This document shows, in pieces, positions 37,563-46,109 of a DNA stretch of 53,111 nucleotides. Each line of letters starts with the position of its first letter. The first letter of the stretch is position 1. The notes under the pieces are model-generated. The model was not told the DNA's origin. It saw only the letters and a program-made list of their open reading frames with translations, and searched no databases. Origin of the DNA: an uncultured Acidobacteriota bacterium. GTDB lineage: Bacteria > Acidobacteriota > Thermoanaerobaculia > UBA5066 > Gp7-AA6. The translations under genes and the position numbers were made by a program. The stretch is taken from assembly GCA_963764715.1 (NCBI GenBank), contig CAVXTP010000025.1, forward strand, positions 1-53,111. The letters run 5' to 3'.

Positions 37563-38455
37563 ACCTTCTCCTTCTGCACGCGCCCGAGGAGGCCCTGGGG
37601 CCGCAGGATCAGGACGAGGATCAGGATCCCGAACGCGATCGCCTCGCGGTAGGTCGACGACAGGTACCCGACGACCATGACCTCCGAGATCCCGATGAGG
37701 AGGCCCCCGAGGACGGCGCCGGGGATGCTGCCGATCCCGCCGAGCACCGCGGCCACGAAGGCCTTGAGCCCGTACATGATCCCCATGAGCGGATCGACCT
37801 TCGGGATCTGCATCCCGATCAGCACGCCCGCCGCGGCGGCGAGGGCCGAACCGAGGGCGAAGGTGATGGCGATGATCCGGTCCGTCGAGATCCCCATCAG
37901 GCGCGAGGCGTCGAGGCTGAAGGAGACGGCCCGCATCGCCTTTCCGGTCCGCGTCTTGAGGATGAAGAAGCGCAGGGCCACCATGAGCAGGACCGAGACG
38001 GCGATGACGGTGATCTGCTCGCTCGTCAGGCGCACTCCGCCGAGCAGGATGTCCGCGTGCGGCGCGAGCGACGGGAAGAACTTCGGGTCCGGGCCGAAGA
38101 CGAGCTGGGCGACGTTCTCGATGAAGAGCGAGACGCCGATGGCGGTGATCAGGAGCGTCAGCCGCGCCTCGCGCCGCACGGGCCGGTAGGCCAGGCGCTC
38201 GATCAGCATGCCGAGCAGGGCGCAGGCGATCATCGAGCCCGCCATCACGAGCAGGGCCGAGACGATCGACGGCTGCTCTCCCTGGAGCTTGCGCGACAGG
38301 TAGTAGCCGACGTACGCCCCGACCATGTACACGTCGCCGTGGGCGAAGTTGATCAGGCGCAGGACGCCGTAGACCATGGTGTAGCCCAGGGCGATCAGGG
38401 CGTAGATCGACCCGAGCGACAGGCCGTTGACGAGCTGCTGGAGGAAGGTGGTCAT
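37559..38455 (-). CDS. livH: Branched-chain amino-acid ABC permease
   Basis: QQLVNGLSLGSIYALIALGYTMVYG..INFAHG, KAFVAAVLGGIG. Confidence 0.95.
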   Translation of the reverse strand: MTTFLQQLVNGLSLGSIYALIALGYTMVYGVLRLINFAHGDVYMVGAYVGYYLSRKLQGEQPSIVSALLVMAGSMIACALLGMLIERLAYRPVRREARLTLLITAIGVSLFIENVAQLVFGPDPKFFPSLAPHADILLGGVRLTSEQITVIAVSVLLMVALRFFILKTRTGKAMRAVSFSLDASRLMGISTDRIIAITFALGSALAAAAGVLIGMQIPKVDPLMGIMYGLKAFVAAVLGGIGSIPGAVLGGLLIGISEVMVVGYLSSTYREAIAFGILILVLILRPQGLLGRVQKEKV

Positions 38456-38498
38456 GCGACGGGGCCGCCCGCCTCCGGGATCTGTGCCGCCAAGCCCC

Positions 38499-39647
38499 CT
38501 ACTGCACCGACTCGGGCTTGATGGTCTCGGTCAACAGGTACTTCCCGTTCTCGACCTTGACGATCACGGCCGACTTGACCGCGTTGCGCTCCTGGTTGAT
38601 CGAGATGTTGCCGGTCACGCCCGGGAAGTCCTTGGTCGAGGCGATCGCGTCCCGCACCTTCTCGCCGTCGGTCGATCCGGCGCGCGTCATCGCGTCGGCC
38701 AGGATCCGCGCGGCGTCGTACGCGAGGGCCGCGAGCGCGTCGGGGAGCTGGTTGTACTTGGCCTTGTAGTCGGTCACGAACTTCTGGACGACCGGGCTCG
38801 GGTCGTCGGTCGCGTAGTGGTTGGAGAAGTAGCAGCCGTTCAGGGCGGTCCCGCCGATCTCCCAGAGCTTCGGCGAATCCCAGCCGTCGCTGCCGAGGAA
38901 CGGCACCGTGATGCCGAGCTCGCGGGCCTGGTGCACAATCGTCCCGACCTCGGTGTAGTAGCCCGGCACGTAGATCGCCTCCGGGTTGAAGGCCTTGATC
39001 GCCGTCAGCTGGGCCCGGAAGTCCGAGTCGCCCTGGCTGTACGACTGCTCGGAGACGACCTTGCCGCCGAGCTTCTTGAAGGCCTGGCCGAAGAACGTCT
39101 GGAGACCCACGGAGTAGTCGCTGCGGACGTCGACGAGAATCGCCACGTTGCGGACCTTGAGGGTGTCGTAGGCGAACTTCGCCATCACGGCGCCCTGGAA
39201 CGTGTCGAGGAAGCAGACGCGGAAGATGTAGTTGCCCACCTGCGTCACGCGCGGGTTCGTCGACGAGGGGGAGATCATCGGGATCTTCTCCGACTGGCAG
39301 ATCGGGGCGGCCGCGAGCGAGTGGGAAGAGGCGACGTGGCCGAGCATCGCGACCACGTGGTCCTGGTGGATGAGCTTGTTGACGACCGTGCCGGCTTCCT
39401 CGGGCTTGGACTGGTCGTCCTCGACGAGGAGCTTGATCTTCTGACCGAGCACACCGCCCCGGGAGTTGATGTCCTCGAAGGCGAGCGAGGAGCCGTCCCG
39501 GGTCGAGATGCCGAAGGTGGCGATTCCGCCGGTCAGCGAGCCGTACTCGCCGACCAGGATTTCTTTGTTCGAGGCCTTCGAACCGCAGGAGAGCGTGACG
39601 GCCGCAAATGCCGCCAGACAGACTGCGGCAAGCACTCGGAACTTCAT
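38499..39647 (-). CDS. livK: Branched-chain amino-acid ABC substrate-binding lipoprotein
   Basis: Lipobox LSC, SLTG..ATFG, EDDQSKPEEA, FRVCFLD.FQG, DFRAQLT. Confidence 0.9.
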   Translation of the reverse strand: MKFRVLAAVCLAAFAAVTLSCGSKASNKEILVGEYGSLTGGIATFGISTRDGSSLAFEDINSRGGVLGQKIKLLVEDDQSKPEEAGTVVNKLIHQDHVVAMLGHVASSHSLAAAPICQSEKIPMISPSSTNPRVTQVGNYIFRVCFLDTFQGAVMAKFAYDTLKVRNVAILVDVRSDYSVGLQTFFGQAFKKLGGKVVSEQSYSQGDSDFRAQLTAIKAFNPEAIYVPGYYTEVGTIVHQARELGITVPFLGSDGWDSPKLWEIGGTALNGCYFSNHYATDDPSPVVQKFVTDYKAKYNQLPDALAALAYDAARILADAMTRAGSTDGEKVRDAIASTKDFPGVTGNISINQERNAVKSAVIVKVENGKYLLTETIKPESVQ

Positions 39648-39691
39648 GACTTCGAACCTCCTCGTCCCCGGGGTCGCCCGAAAGACGGCGT

Positions 39692-39720
39692 ATTGTTTCG
39701 CACCGAGGAGGGGAAGTCAA
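39692..39720 (-). promoter_or_regulatory. Putative sigma-70 promoter of the liv operon
   Basis: Minus strand TTGACT-N17-AACAAT. Confidence 0.6.
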
Positions 39721-39783
39721 AAGATCCTTTCTTTCAATGGCTTAAGCTAGAATCGTCGATCGAGGACAGAGAGGCCGAACTTC

Positions 39784-41139
39784 ATCAGCGACACGCACTC
39801 CCCCGTTCACGAGACGGAATCCCCCGCCGCCCGGTCACCCGAGCCCGCACCCCGCATCCGGCCCCGCGCCGAGCACCCGATCTCGCGCTCGCGCATCGAC
39901 CCGGATGCCCTCAAGGTGCTCTATCGGCTGCGGGCCACGGGCTACAAGGCGTACCTCGTCGGAGGCAGCGTCCGCGACCTGCTGCTCTCGCGCGCGCCGA
40001 AGGACTTCGACATCGGCACCGACGCGCACCCGCAGGCGCTCCGCAAGCTCTTCCGCAACTGCCGGCTGATCGGGCGCCGCTTCCGGCTGGCGCACATCCT
40101 CTTCGCCAACGGGAAGGTCGTCGAGGTCGCGACCTTCCGCGCGCGGCCCGACCCGGCGGCCGTCGAGAAGGGCCAGGAGCTGCTGCAGACGTCCGACAAC
40201 ACGTTCGGCACTCCGCGGGAGGACGCCCTGCGGCGGGACTTCACGATCAACGGGCTCTTCTACGACATCTCGGACTTCTCCGTGATCGACTACGTCGGCG
40301 GGCTCGAGGACCTCGAGGCCGGCCTCATCCGCACGATCGGCGATCCCGACATCCGTTTCCAGGAAGACCCGGTGCGGATGATGCGCGCCGTCGAGTTCGC
40401 GAGCCGGCTCGGCTTCGCCATCACCCCGGACGCGTACGAGGCGATTCTCCGCCACCGCAAGGAGATCGTGAAGTCGGCCCCGCCGCGGGTGACCGAGGAG
40501 CTCGCCCAGGCGCTGCGCGGCGGCCATGCCCTCCCGACGCTCCTGCTGATGCGCGAGGTCGGCCTGCTCGACGCGCTCCTGCCGGAGCTCGCCGAGGTCC
40601 TGCGCGAGCTCGACCCCGACCATCCCCGCGGCACCGGCCACTTCTTCTGGGCGCTGCTCGAGGTCCTCGACGCCGAGCGCCGCCGGGGCCGCGCCTACGA
40701 CGACGCGCTCCTCTTCGCCCTGCTCTTCGTCCCGATCGTGCGCGCCCGCGTGCGCGAGGTCTCGCCGGGGGCCGAGCCCGACCCCGGCCGGCTGTCGGTG
40801 ATCATCGAGGACGTCGTCTCGCCGCTCGCGCTCCGGATGTCGCTTCCCCGCGCGGCGACCGACCGCCTCAAGCAGGCCCTCTCGATCGTCGGCAAGCTCT
40901 CGCACCGCCCGGACTCCAAGGTCGCGACCCGGCGCGTCGCCTTCCGGGAGGCCTTCCCGATGGCCCTCGACCTCTTCGAGCTGACGGCCATGGCGACGGG
41001 CCGCGGCCAGGAGATCGTGCGCGACTGGCGAAGCCTCCAGGCCCGGATCCAGCGCGGCCGCGAGACCGGTGAGATCCCGACGCCCCCGCCTCCCCCGCCC
41101 CGGCGGCGCCGCCGCCGCGGCCCGCGGAGAAAAATCTAG
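39784..41139 (+). CDS. pcnB: Poly(A) polymerase I; probable non-canonical ATC start
   Basis: VGGSVRDLL..PKDFD, PAP signature LIGRRFRLAHI, RRDFTIN, EDPVRMMRA, Arg-rich tail; conserved-looking RAEHPISRSRIDPDALKVLYRL lies upstream of the first GTG (39916). Confidence 0.9.
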   Translation: MSDTHSPVHETESPAARSPEPAPRIRPRAEHPISRSRIDPDALKVLYRLRATGYKAYLVGGSVRDLLLSRAPKDFDIGTDAHPQALRKLFRNCRLIGRRFRLAHILFANGKVVEVATFRARPDPAAVEKGQELLQTSDNTFGTPREDALRRDFTINGLFYDISDFSVIDYVGGLEDLEAGLIRTIGDPDIRFQEDPVRMMRAVEFASRLGFAITPDAYEAILRHRKEIVKSAPPRVTEELAQALRGGHALPTLLLMREVGLLDALLPELAEVLRELDPDHPRGTGHFFWALLEVLDAERRRGRAYDDALLFALLFVPIVRARVREVSPGAEPDPGRLSVIIEDVVSPLALRMSLPRAATDRLKQALSIVGKLSHRPDSKVATRRVAFREAFPMALDLFELTAMATGRGQEIVRDWRSLQARIQRGRETGEIPTPPPPPPRRRRRRGPRRKI

Positions 41140-41226
41140 GGGGTCAGGTCTTCATTTTTCGGATTTCAGGACGGCCTTCGCCGGGCACGGGTCGGGCCGA
41201 AATCCGAAAAATGAAGACCTGACCCC
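41140..41226. repeat. 87-bp palindromic element with 28-bp perfect inverted arms (REP/MITE-like)
   Basis: GGGGTCAGGTCTTCATTTTTCGGATTTC (41140-67) / GAAATCCGAAAAATGAAGACCTGACCCC (41199-226). Confidence 0.85.
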
Positions 41227-41241
41227 ATTATCATCCGCGCC

Positions 41242-42141
41242 ATGCAGCTCTACGACAACTTCCTCGGCATCCCCCCGGAAGACAGCTCGCTCGAGAAGAG
41301 CCGCGTCGTCATCCTGCCGGTGCCCTACGAGCGCACCGTCTCCTACGGACCGGGGACGCGCAACGGCCCGGGGGCGATCCTCGAGGCCTCGCACTACGTC
41401 GAGCTCTACGACGACGAGCTCGACGAGGAGGTCTACCGGATCGGAGTGCACACGCTGCCCGCGTGGCTCCCGGACGACATGGAGCCGGCCGGGTGCGTGG
41501 CCGAGCTCGAGACGGTCGTCGCGGGGCTCCTCTCGCCCGGGCGCTTCGTCCTGACGCTCGGCGGCGAGCACTCGATCGCGCCCGCTCCGATCCGCGCGCA
41601 CCACGCGCGGCACCCGAAGATGTCGGTCCTCCACTTCGACGCGCACGGCGACCTGCGCGACGAGTACGAGGGACAGAAGAACTCGCACGCCTGCGCGGCC
41701 CACCGCTGGGTCGAGCTCGGCATCCCGTCGGTCCACGTCGGCATCCGGTCGATCTCGAAGGAAGAGGTCGACTACGTCCGCAAGACGGGCACCCTCATCG
41801 TCTCCAACCGCGAGATGCACCGCTCGGACGCCTGGATGGAGAAGGCCCTGGCGAAGCTCACGGGCGAGGTCTACGTGACCTTCGACGTGGACTTCTTCGA
41901 CGGCGCCCTCGTCCCGGGCACCGGCACGCCCGAGCCCGGCGGGGGGACCTACGACCAGGCCCTCGCGATCCTGCGCCGGGTGGCCTCCGAGCGGAAGATC
42001 ATCGGGGCCGACGTCGTCGAGCACTCCCCCCTGCCCGGCAACCGGGCCCCCGACTTCATGATCGCCAAGCTCTGCTACAAGCTCCTGGGGTACGCGCATT
42101 TCCCGGAGAAGGCGAGGAAGCCGGTTTTGTCGCCGGGGTAG
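41242..42141 (+). CDS. speB: Agmatinase (ureohydrolase family)
   Basis: GGEHS, DAHGDLRD, SHAC, TFDVD, PGTGTPEPGG. Confidence 0.92.
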   Translation: MQLYDNFLGIPPEDSSLEKSRVVILPVPYERTVSYGPGTRNGPGAILEASHYVELYDDELDEEVYRIGVHTLPAWLPDDMEPAGCVAELETVVAGLLSPGRFVLTLGGEHSIAPAPIRAHHARHPKMSVLHFDAHGDLRDEYEGQKNSHACAAHRWVELGIPSVHVGIRSISKEEVDYVRKTGTLIVSNREMHRSDAWMEKALAKLTGEVYVTFDVDFFDGALVPGTGTPEPGGGTYDQALAILRRVASERKIIGADVVEHSPLPGNRAPDFMIAKLCYKLLGYAHFPEKARKPVLSPG

Positions 42142-42144
42142 GAC

Positions 42145-42204
42145 GACGGCAGACGGCAGACGGCAGACGGCAGACGGCAGACGGCAGACGGCAGACGGCA
42201 GACG
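42145..42204 (+). repeat. Heptamer tandem repeat (GACGGCA) x8.6
   Basis: Eight perfect copies plus GACG just after the speB stop. Confidence 0.95.
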
Positions 42205-42253
42205 AATGCTAATAGTCTTGGATTCAGACATTTGCATGAATCCCCAGTCGCTT

Positions 42254-42281
42254 TGCGGTCTGCGGTCCGCGGTCTGCGATC
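42254..42281 (+). repeat. Heptamer tandem repeat (TGCGGTC-like) x4, inverted relative to 42145-42204
   Basis: TGCGGTC TGCGGTC CGCGGTC TGCGATC. Confidence 0.85.
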
Positions 42282-42290
42282 TCCTCCCCC

Positions 42291-42315
42291 GAACATTCCT
42301 TAAGAACCTGCGTTA
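42291..42315 (+). promoter_or_regulatory. Putative ECF-sigma autoregulatory promoter
   Basis: GAAC-N16-CGTTA, 19 nt before the sigma TTG start. Confidence 0.45.
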
Positions 42316-42333
42316 CTTGGGTTTGAGGCCAGA

Positions 42334-42948
42334 TTGAGCGATACCGACGACAAAGACCTGGTCTCGCGTTGCCGCGACGGCAACGACGACGCCTGGAGGG
42401 ATTTGGTGGACCGCTTCGGCCCCAAGGTCTACGCGATCGCTTACCACTTCACCCTGAAGCGGGAGGACGCGGAAGAGCTGTCCCAGGAGATCTTCCTGAA
42501 GATCTTCGAGAACCTGCATCGCTACGACGGGGGGTTCCCGCTCGTGGCGTGGATCCTGTCGCTTTCGCGAAACCTCTGCATCGACCGGTACCGGCGCCGG
42601 AAGCGCGAGAAGTCCTTCCGCTTCGTTTCCGACGACGCCGTCTCCGCGCTCCTCAAGTCCGACGACGATCCCGCGAGCGTGGCCCTGAAGAAGGAGCGCA
42701 CGAAGCTCCTCTTCTCGGCCCTCTCCGAGATCCCCGAGGACCTCGCCGAGATCCTGGTCCTCCGGGACCTGAACGGCCTCGCCTACGACGAGATCGGCAA
42801 GGCCCTCGAACTGCCGGACGGGACCGTCAAGTCGCGCCTCTTCCGGGCGCGCGCCGAGGTGGCGCGCAAGATCCGCGAGCGCCACGAGACCCGCGGCGCC
42901 GGAAACGCCTTCGCGTCGATCGCCATCGCGGCGGCGGGGATCGTATGA
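42334..42948 (+). CDS. ECF RNA polymerase sigma factor
   Basis: DAEELSQEIFLK, W...RNLCID, LAYDEIG..L..PDGTVKSRLFRAR; TTG start after GAGG. Confidence 0.93.
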   Translation: MSDTDDKDLVSRCRDGNDDAWRDLVDRFGPKVYAIAYHFTLKREDAEELSQEIFLKIFENLHRYDGGFPLVAWILSLSRNLCIDRYRRRKREKSFRFVSDDAVSALLKSDDDPASVALKKERTKLLFSALSEIPEDLAEILVLRDLNGLAYDEIGKALELPDGTVKSRLFRARAEVARKIRERHETRGAGNAFASIAIAAAGIV

Positions 42949-43766
42949 GCTGCCGCGAGCTCGAGCACCTCTTCGTGGCCGGCGCGTCGGAGGCCGACGT
43001 GGCCGCGCACCGGAAGAACTGCGGCGAGTGCGCTCGCCTCGGCTGGGACCTCGACGAGGCCCGGTCGCTGACCGACGGCCTCGATGCGCCCCGCTGGAGC
43101 CCCGGACTGCGCGCCGCCCTGCTCGAGATCCCGCGGCAGACCGTGACCTGCGAGGGCGCGGAGATGCTGCTCGCCGCGGCCGTCGGCGACGAGCTCGCCG
43201 CGGCCGACCGCCTTCGCCTCGACAGCCACCTGTCCCGTTGCGCGGCCTGCACCGCCGCCGCCAACGTCCTGCTCTCGATGCGCGAGCTCGAGGCCCCCGC
43301 GCCCCCGGCCTGGCTCGCGACGCGGCTGACGGCCGCGCGCCCGGTGAAGCAAGCCTCCCGGTGGCGGGGCTTCTTCTCGGGACGCGCCGTCGTCGCGTAC
43401 GCCTACGCGGCCGCGATCCTCGTCATGGTCATGGGCTGGAACCCGACGGCGGTCGTCAAGAAGGCGAGCTTCGCGAGCCTCGGCGTCAGCACCCGCCACG
43501 TCGTGACGGTGGCGCAGAGCTCGCTGACCGACCGGCTCGGCGCGCTCCAGGAGAAAGCGATCCGGACGCTCGCCGTCTGGAAGGGCCACATCGGCGGCTA
43601 CGGGCGCGCGGCGGTCTCGAACGCCATCGCGATCGTGTCGCGGCCCGAAACGAAGAAGACGCCGAGCCGTCCCCGGCTCGGAAAGGACGGCGCCGCCGGT
43701 CTCGACGGATTTTCGACCGCGCACGCCGCGCGCAGGGAACCTTTGCCCTCCCGATTTCGTGTCTAA
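42945..43766 (+). CDS. Zinc-binding anti-sigma factor with two HxxxCxxC motifs and a TM helix
   Basis: MSC...HRKNCGEC; TC...HLSRCAAC; TM AVVAYAYAAAILVMVMGW; ATGA overlap with sigma. Confidence 0.85.
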   Translation: MSCRELEHLFVAGASEADVAAHRKNCGECARLGWDLDEARSLTDGLDAPRWSPGLRAALLEIPRQTVTCEGAEMLLAAAVGDELAAADRLRLDSHLSRCAACTAAANVLLSMRELEAPAPPAWLATRLTAARPVKQASRWRGFFSGRAVVAYAYAAAILVMVMGWNPTAVVKKASFASLGVSTRHVVTVAQSSLTDRLGALQEKAIRTLAVWKGHIGGYGRAAVSNAIAIVSRPETKKTPSRPRLGKDGAAGLDGFSTAHAARREPLPSRFRV

Positions 43767-43799
43767 GAGCGACGACAAGACGTCGTCGAGGAGAATGAA

Positions 43800-44402
43800 A
43801 TGAGCGAATACGCCAACCCGCAACCCTCGGCCCCGCAGGCGACGCCCGCGGCCCCGACGGCGGCCCCGCCGCCGCCCGTGACCACGACGCTGGTCCAGCC
43901 TGTCATCGTGGACCGCAAGTCGCCGGGACTGGCGGGCTTCCTGTCCATGTTCCCCGGCCTCGGCCACGTGTACCTCGGGCTTTACCAGCGCGCGTTCGCG
44001 ATCGGCGGCGCGTTCATCCTGGGGATCTCGATGACCTCCCACGGAAACGCGGGAGAGTTCTTCGGCCCGCTGATCGCCTTCGTCTGGTTCTTCGCGATCA
44101 TCGACGCGGTCCGCCAGGCCAAGGCCATCAACCGCGGACAGCTCGCCGAGGCGGGCTTCGCCGGCGAGACGCAGCTCAAGGCGGCCGCGGGCTCCGGCGG
44201 CCTGACGTGGGGCGTCATCCTCGTCGGCCTCGGCATCCTGTGGCTGATCGACCGGTACTTCGTGATCGACTGGTCCTTCATGGAGGAGTGGGGCGGACCC
44301 GCGGCCTTCATCCTCCTGGGACTGATCCTGATCGTGAGCCACGTGCGCAAGCGCCGTCAGGAGAACGAGCAGCAGGTAGGGATGCCGCCGCGGAGCATGT
44401 AG
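43800..44402 (+). CDS. LiaI/LiaF-like (DUF5668/DUF6677-like) membrane protein
   Basis: KSPGLAGFLSMFPGLGHVYLG, WGVILVGLGILWLI...ILLGLILI. Confidence 0.75.
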   Translation: MSEYANPQPSAPQATPAAPTAAPPPPVTTTLVQPVIVDRKSPGLAGFLSMFPGLGHVYLGLYQRAFAIGGAFILGISMTSHGNAGEFFGPLIAFVWFFAIIDAVRQAKAINRGQLAEAGFAGETQLKAAAGSGGLTWGVILVGLGILWLIDRYFVIDWSFMEEWGGPAAFILLGLILIVSHVRKRRQENEQQVGMPPRSM

Positions 44403-44424
44403 GTCAGGAGGCAGGCGGCGGGAG

Positions 44425-44456
44425 GCAGTAAGCAGTAAGCAGTAAGCAGTAAGCAG
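44425..44456 (+). repeat. Heptamer tandem repeat (GCAGTAA) x4.6
   Basis: Reverse complement of the GCTTACT unit at 12985-12998. Confidence 0.9.
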
Positions 44457-44457
44457 A

Positions 44458-44574
44458 GTAGGGGCGGGGGTTAACGCCGGCCGTTGGCCGGCGTTTCCTA
44501 TTTCCAGGGGCGGGCCGCTGGTGGACGGATGTCCCCGCCCTTCTTCATTGGGCGGCCACAAGGGCCGCCCCTAC
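44458..44574. repeat. GTAG-family REP doublet (REPIN-like), copy B
   Basis: GTAGGGGCGGGG...TCCCCGCCC...GGGCGGCCACAAGGGCCGCCCCTAC. Confidence 0.8.
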
Positions 44575-44579
44575 GGTTT

Positions 44580-46091
44580 CTAGGCGATCGTCGCGAGCTC
44601 GGCCAGGTAGTCCACGAAGGACCGGGTCGCGCCCTCGTAGCCCTGGACCTTCGGGTTGGACGACTCCAGCACGTAGAACTCGTCGGGGCCGTGGGCGCCG
44701 CTTCCATATCCGAGGCCGAAGTGGCCGGCCGGCAGTCGGAGCGGTTCTCCCGTGAAGACGTAGCCCGGCCACGAGCCGGCGTTGCGGGGCCAGAGGATCG
44801 GCGGGAGGCCGGCGCGCCCGTACACCGCCTGCTCGGCGCGGATGATCGCCGCGTCGGCGGCGGTGCTCGTCGGGTCGTAGCCGCCCGTCATGTTCACGTC
44901 GATGTCGCCGAAGCCGCGCGAGACGAGGTGCGCCTTGAGCGCCGCGAGCGCCTCGGAGGCCTTCATGTCCGGGACGAGCCGCAGGTCGAGCTTCGCGACC
45001 GCCTTGTGCGGAAGGACCGTCTTGCCGCCGGGGCCCGTGTAACCCCCGACGAGACCCTCGATGTTCACCGTCGGCCGCGAGACGAGCATCTCGAGCGCCT
45101 CCGGCCACGCGGCGTCCCCGATCCAGCGCGAGACGCCGAGCTGCTTTTTCGCGATGGCTTCATCCACGCGGCGCGACGCCTCCAGCACCATGGCCTTTTC
45201 GGCCGGCGAGATCGCCCGCGCCCGGTCCGCGAATCCGTCGATCGCCGGCGTGTTGCCGTCGGGCCCCACGAGCGTGTGGAGGGCCTGGACGAGGTGCCAG
45301 GCCGGGCTGTCGACGCGCGCCTTGTTGCTCGAGTGGACGTCCTTCGTCGGCCCGCGGCCCCAGCGCTCTCCGCTCGAGGTCAGCTCGCACTCGATCACGC
45401 CCTTGGCCCCGAGGCTGACCATCACCACGCCGTCCGGGCCCTGCGCCGCCGACGGCATGAAAACGCCGGAGCACCGGCCGAGGGCCTTCGCGACGTCCGG
45501 CGAGCGCACGATCTGCGGGAAGTGCGGCGAGCCGATCTCCTCCTCGCCTTCGGCGACGAGCACGAGGTTGACGGGCAGCCTCACCCCGGCGCCGCGGTAG
45601 GCGTGGAGCGCGGCGAGAAACGCCGACTCGGGGCCCTTCTGGTTCACGGCGCCGCGGCCGACGACGACGCGCCCGGTCTCGGGCTTCTCGACGATCGCGG
45701 CCTCGAACGGCGGCGACGTCCACTCCGACGGATCCACCTGCTTGACGTCGTACATGAAGTACACGCCGACCGTGCGGGGCGCGCCCGCGTCGAGCGTCGC
45801 GAAGACGCCGGGCTGGCCGTCGGTCGGGACCTTCACCGCGCCCTGGAACCCGGCATCCGTCAGCATCCGGATGAGGAGCTCGCAGCCTTCCGCCATCCCC
45901 CGGTTCTCGGCCGCGATCGACGGCAGGCGGATCCAGTCCTGCAGGCGCCGGACGGCCTCGGCGTTTCGCTTGCCGACCTCGGCGCGCACGCGGTCGAGGC
46001 CCGGCGTCGTCGGGCGCGCGCCGGCGGCAGGGGCGAGGGCCAGTCCGGCCGCGCCGGCGGCGACGTCGTGAAGAAATTCGCGGCGGTCCAT
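44580..46091 (-). CDS. Tat-exported M20/M25/M40-family metallopeptidase
   Basis: MDRREFL twin-arginine signal; MYDV, GRGAVNQKG, EGEEEIGS, DVHS, AHGPDE. Confidence 0.88.
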   Translation of the reverse strand: MDRREFLHDVAAGAAGLALAPAAGARPTTPGLDRVRAEVGKRNAEAVRRLQDWIRLPSIAAENRGMAEGCELLIRMLTDAGFQGAVKVPTDGQPGVFATLDAGAPRTVGVYFMYDVKQVDPSEWTSPPFEAAIVEKPETGRVVVGRGAVNQKGPESAFLAALHAYRGAGVRLPVNLVLVAEGEEEIGSPHFPQIVRSPDVAKALGRCSGVFMPSAAQGPDGVVMVSLGAKGVIECELTSSGERWGRGPTKDVHSSNKARVDSPAWHLVQALHTLVGPDGNTPAIDGFADRARAISPAEKAMVLEASRRVDEAIAKKQLGVSRWIGDAAWPEALEMLVSRPTVNIEGLVGGYTGPGGKTVLPHKAVAKLDLRLVPDMKASEALAALKAHLVSRGFGDIDVNMTGGYDPTSTAADAAIIRAEQAVYGRAGLPPILWPRNAGSWPGYVFTGEPLRLPAGHFGLGYGSGAHGPDEFYVLESSNPKVQGYEGATRSFVDYLAELATIA

Positions 46092-46109
46092 GCAGCTCCT
46101 TCCGCGCGC

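Noticed and set aside
39784-41139. CCA-adding enzyme annotation
   Set aside because: The LIGRRFRLAHI signature and Arg-rich tail favour poly(A) polymerase.
42145-42281. CRISPR array, or ORFs translated through the repeats (CRLPSAV...)
   Set aside because: No spacers and no cas genes; the peptides are artefacts of the heptamer repeats.
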